From positions 25,854,001 to 25,918,000 of the forward strand of contig OZ249448.1 of NCBI GenBank assembly GCA_965235115.1: 64,000 bases of DNA, written 5' to 3'. The position numbers and the translations under genes are program-made. This document shows, piece by piece, positions 63,103-64,000 of this stretch. Below the pieces are notes generated by a model that saw only the letters and a program-made list of their open reading frames with translations, did not search any database and was not told the origin of the DNA. Positions within the stretch are counted from its first letter, which is position 1. Each line of letters begins with the position of its first letter. Source of the stretch: Laetmonice hystrix (lineage: Eukaryota).

Positions 63103-64000
63103 GATTATAGCGCGTCGCTGACTGACGACACGCCTCTGCTGGCGCTGGTGTCACGTGGTCAAAGTACTGATCTCTGGGGCTATCTAGCCGAAAATTACTT
63201 CGGGAAGGACTGAAACTTTAGACAGGCCACAAACAACTTCAGAAATGGCCAGACATCTTATGTGTTGTACCAAGAACCTCGAAGGACTGAAACTTTAGGC
63301 AGGCCACAAACATCTTCAGAAATCCTCATGAGGATTCTTATTTGTGACGTGAAGAATGATGGTATCTTACCGTGGGAGTTGTTTATAAAGGGTTTGCATT
63401 ATACTGGAGCGTCCCAATATGTAAATGACGTGAGGGTAGGGCCTACTTAACCTTTGAACTTTGAACCTTTGACCACGTGGCGCAAGCATCATGGAGTTTG
63501 ACCACCTGTTTTCTCCAGACGTGTCCCCCGTCTAGATTTTCTCATCGTTCATGTATGATATTGTAACGTGCCGTAGAAACGGGGTGTTACAATGTATTAT
63601 GTCCACATCCATGCTTGTCACACACACAACCCTAGTATGCTATTACTAGGCCTACTACTTACCAGGGTAGTATACTACCTCTTACCAAGGTAGTATATCC
63701 TACTACTTGCCACAGTAGCAGCCCCCCCCCCCCCCGCCCCCTCCTTTTTAAATATTATGCTTCCACTACTATTTCTAATATTGGATGCTCGATGGTTGCC
63801 AGGGGAAACGTGTGAATTGGTTGCTATGATTAGTACACTTGTCCCCAGAGAAACCACCTTGTTAACATTATTACGACATGACATTGTGTTTTGGGGTCCA
63901 GTGTCGGACCACCTTATGAGGACGATTTCAGATTTGGGATACACGAACTGTAGTTGTCATTGTACTGTAAATGTGTACATTTGAATGACTTCCAGCATGT

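Overview
Eukaryotic, intron-rich animal genomic DNA, probably from an invertebrate bilaterian (inference). It is not prokaryotic, and I saw no CRISPR arrays, rRNA or tRNA. By hand-splicing GT-AG introns with consistent phases I reconstructed five conserved protein-coding genes: GLE1 (minus strand, first 6 exons, continues off the left edge), CLUH/clueless (plus, 35 exons, ~1359 aa), TRAF4 (plus, 7 exons, 464 aa), METTL16 (minus, 8 exons, 584 aa) and PAFAH1B1/LIS1 (plus, 11 coding exons, 409 aa). GLE1/CLUH and METTL16/LIS1 are head-to-head pairs. METTL16-LIS1-CLUH linkage also occurs at human 17p13.3. The most unusual signal is a recurrent class of tandem repeats anchored on exon-intron junctions. 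At seven junctions in CLUH, METTL16 and LIS1 the splice site has been amplified 2-25 times, in six cases together with adjacent exon sequence. The functional site is always the copy that keeps the exon intact. In those six, use of a decoy copy hits an in-frame stop. Two purely intronic arrays also carry AG|GT motifs. The window also holds many short non-autonomous DNA transposons (MITEs), including PIF/Harbinger-like elements with TWA or CAG target duplications and hAT-like elements with atypical 5- and 6-bp duplications. All coordinates and counts were made by eye.
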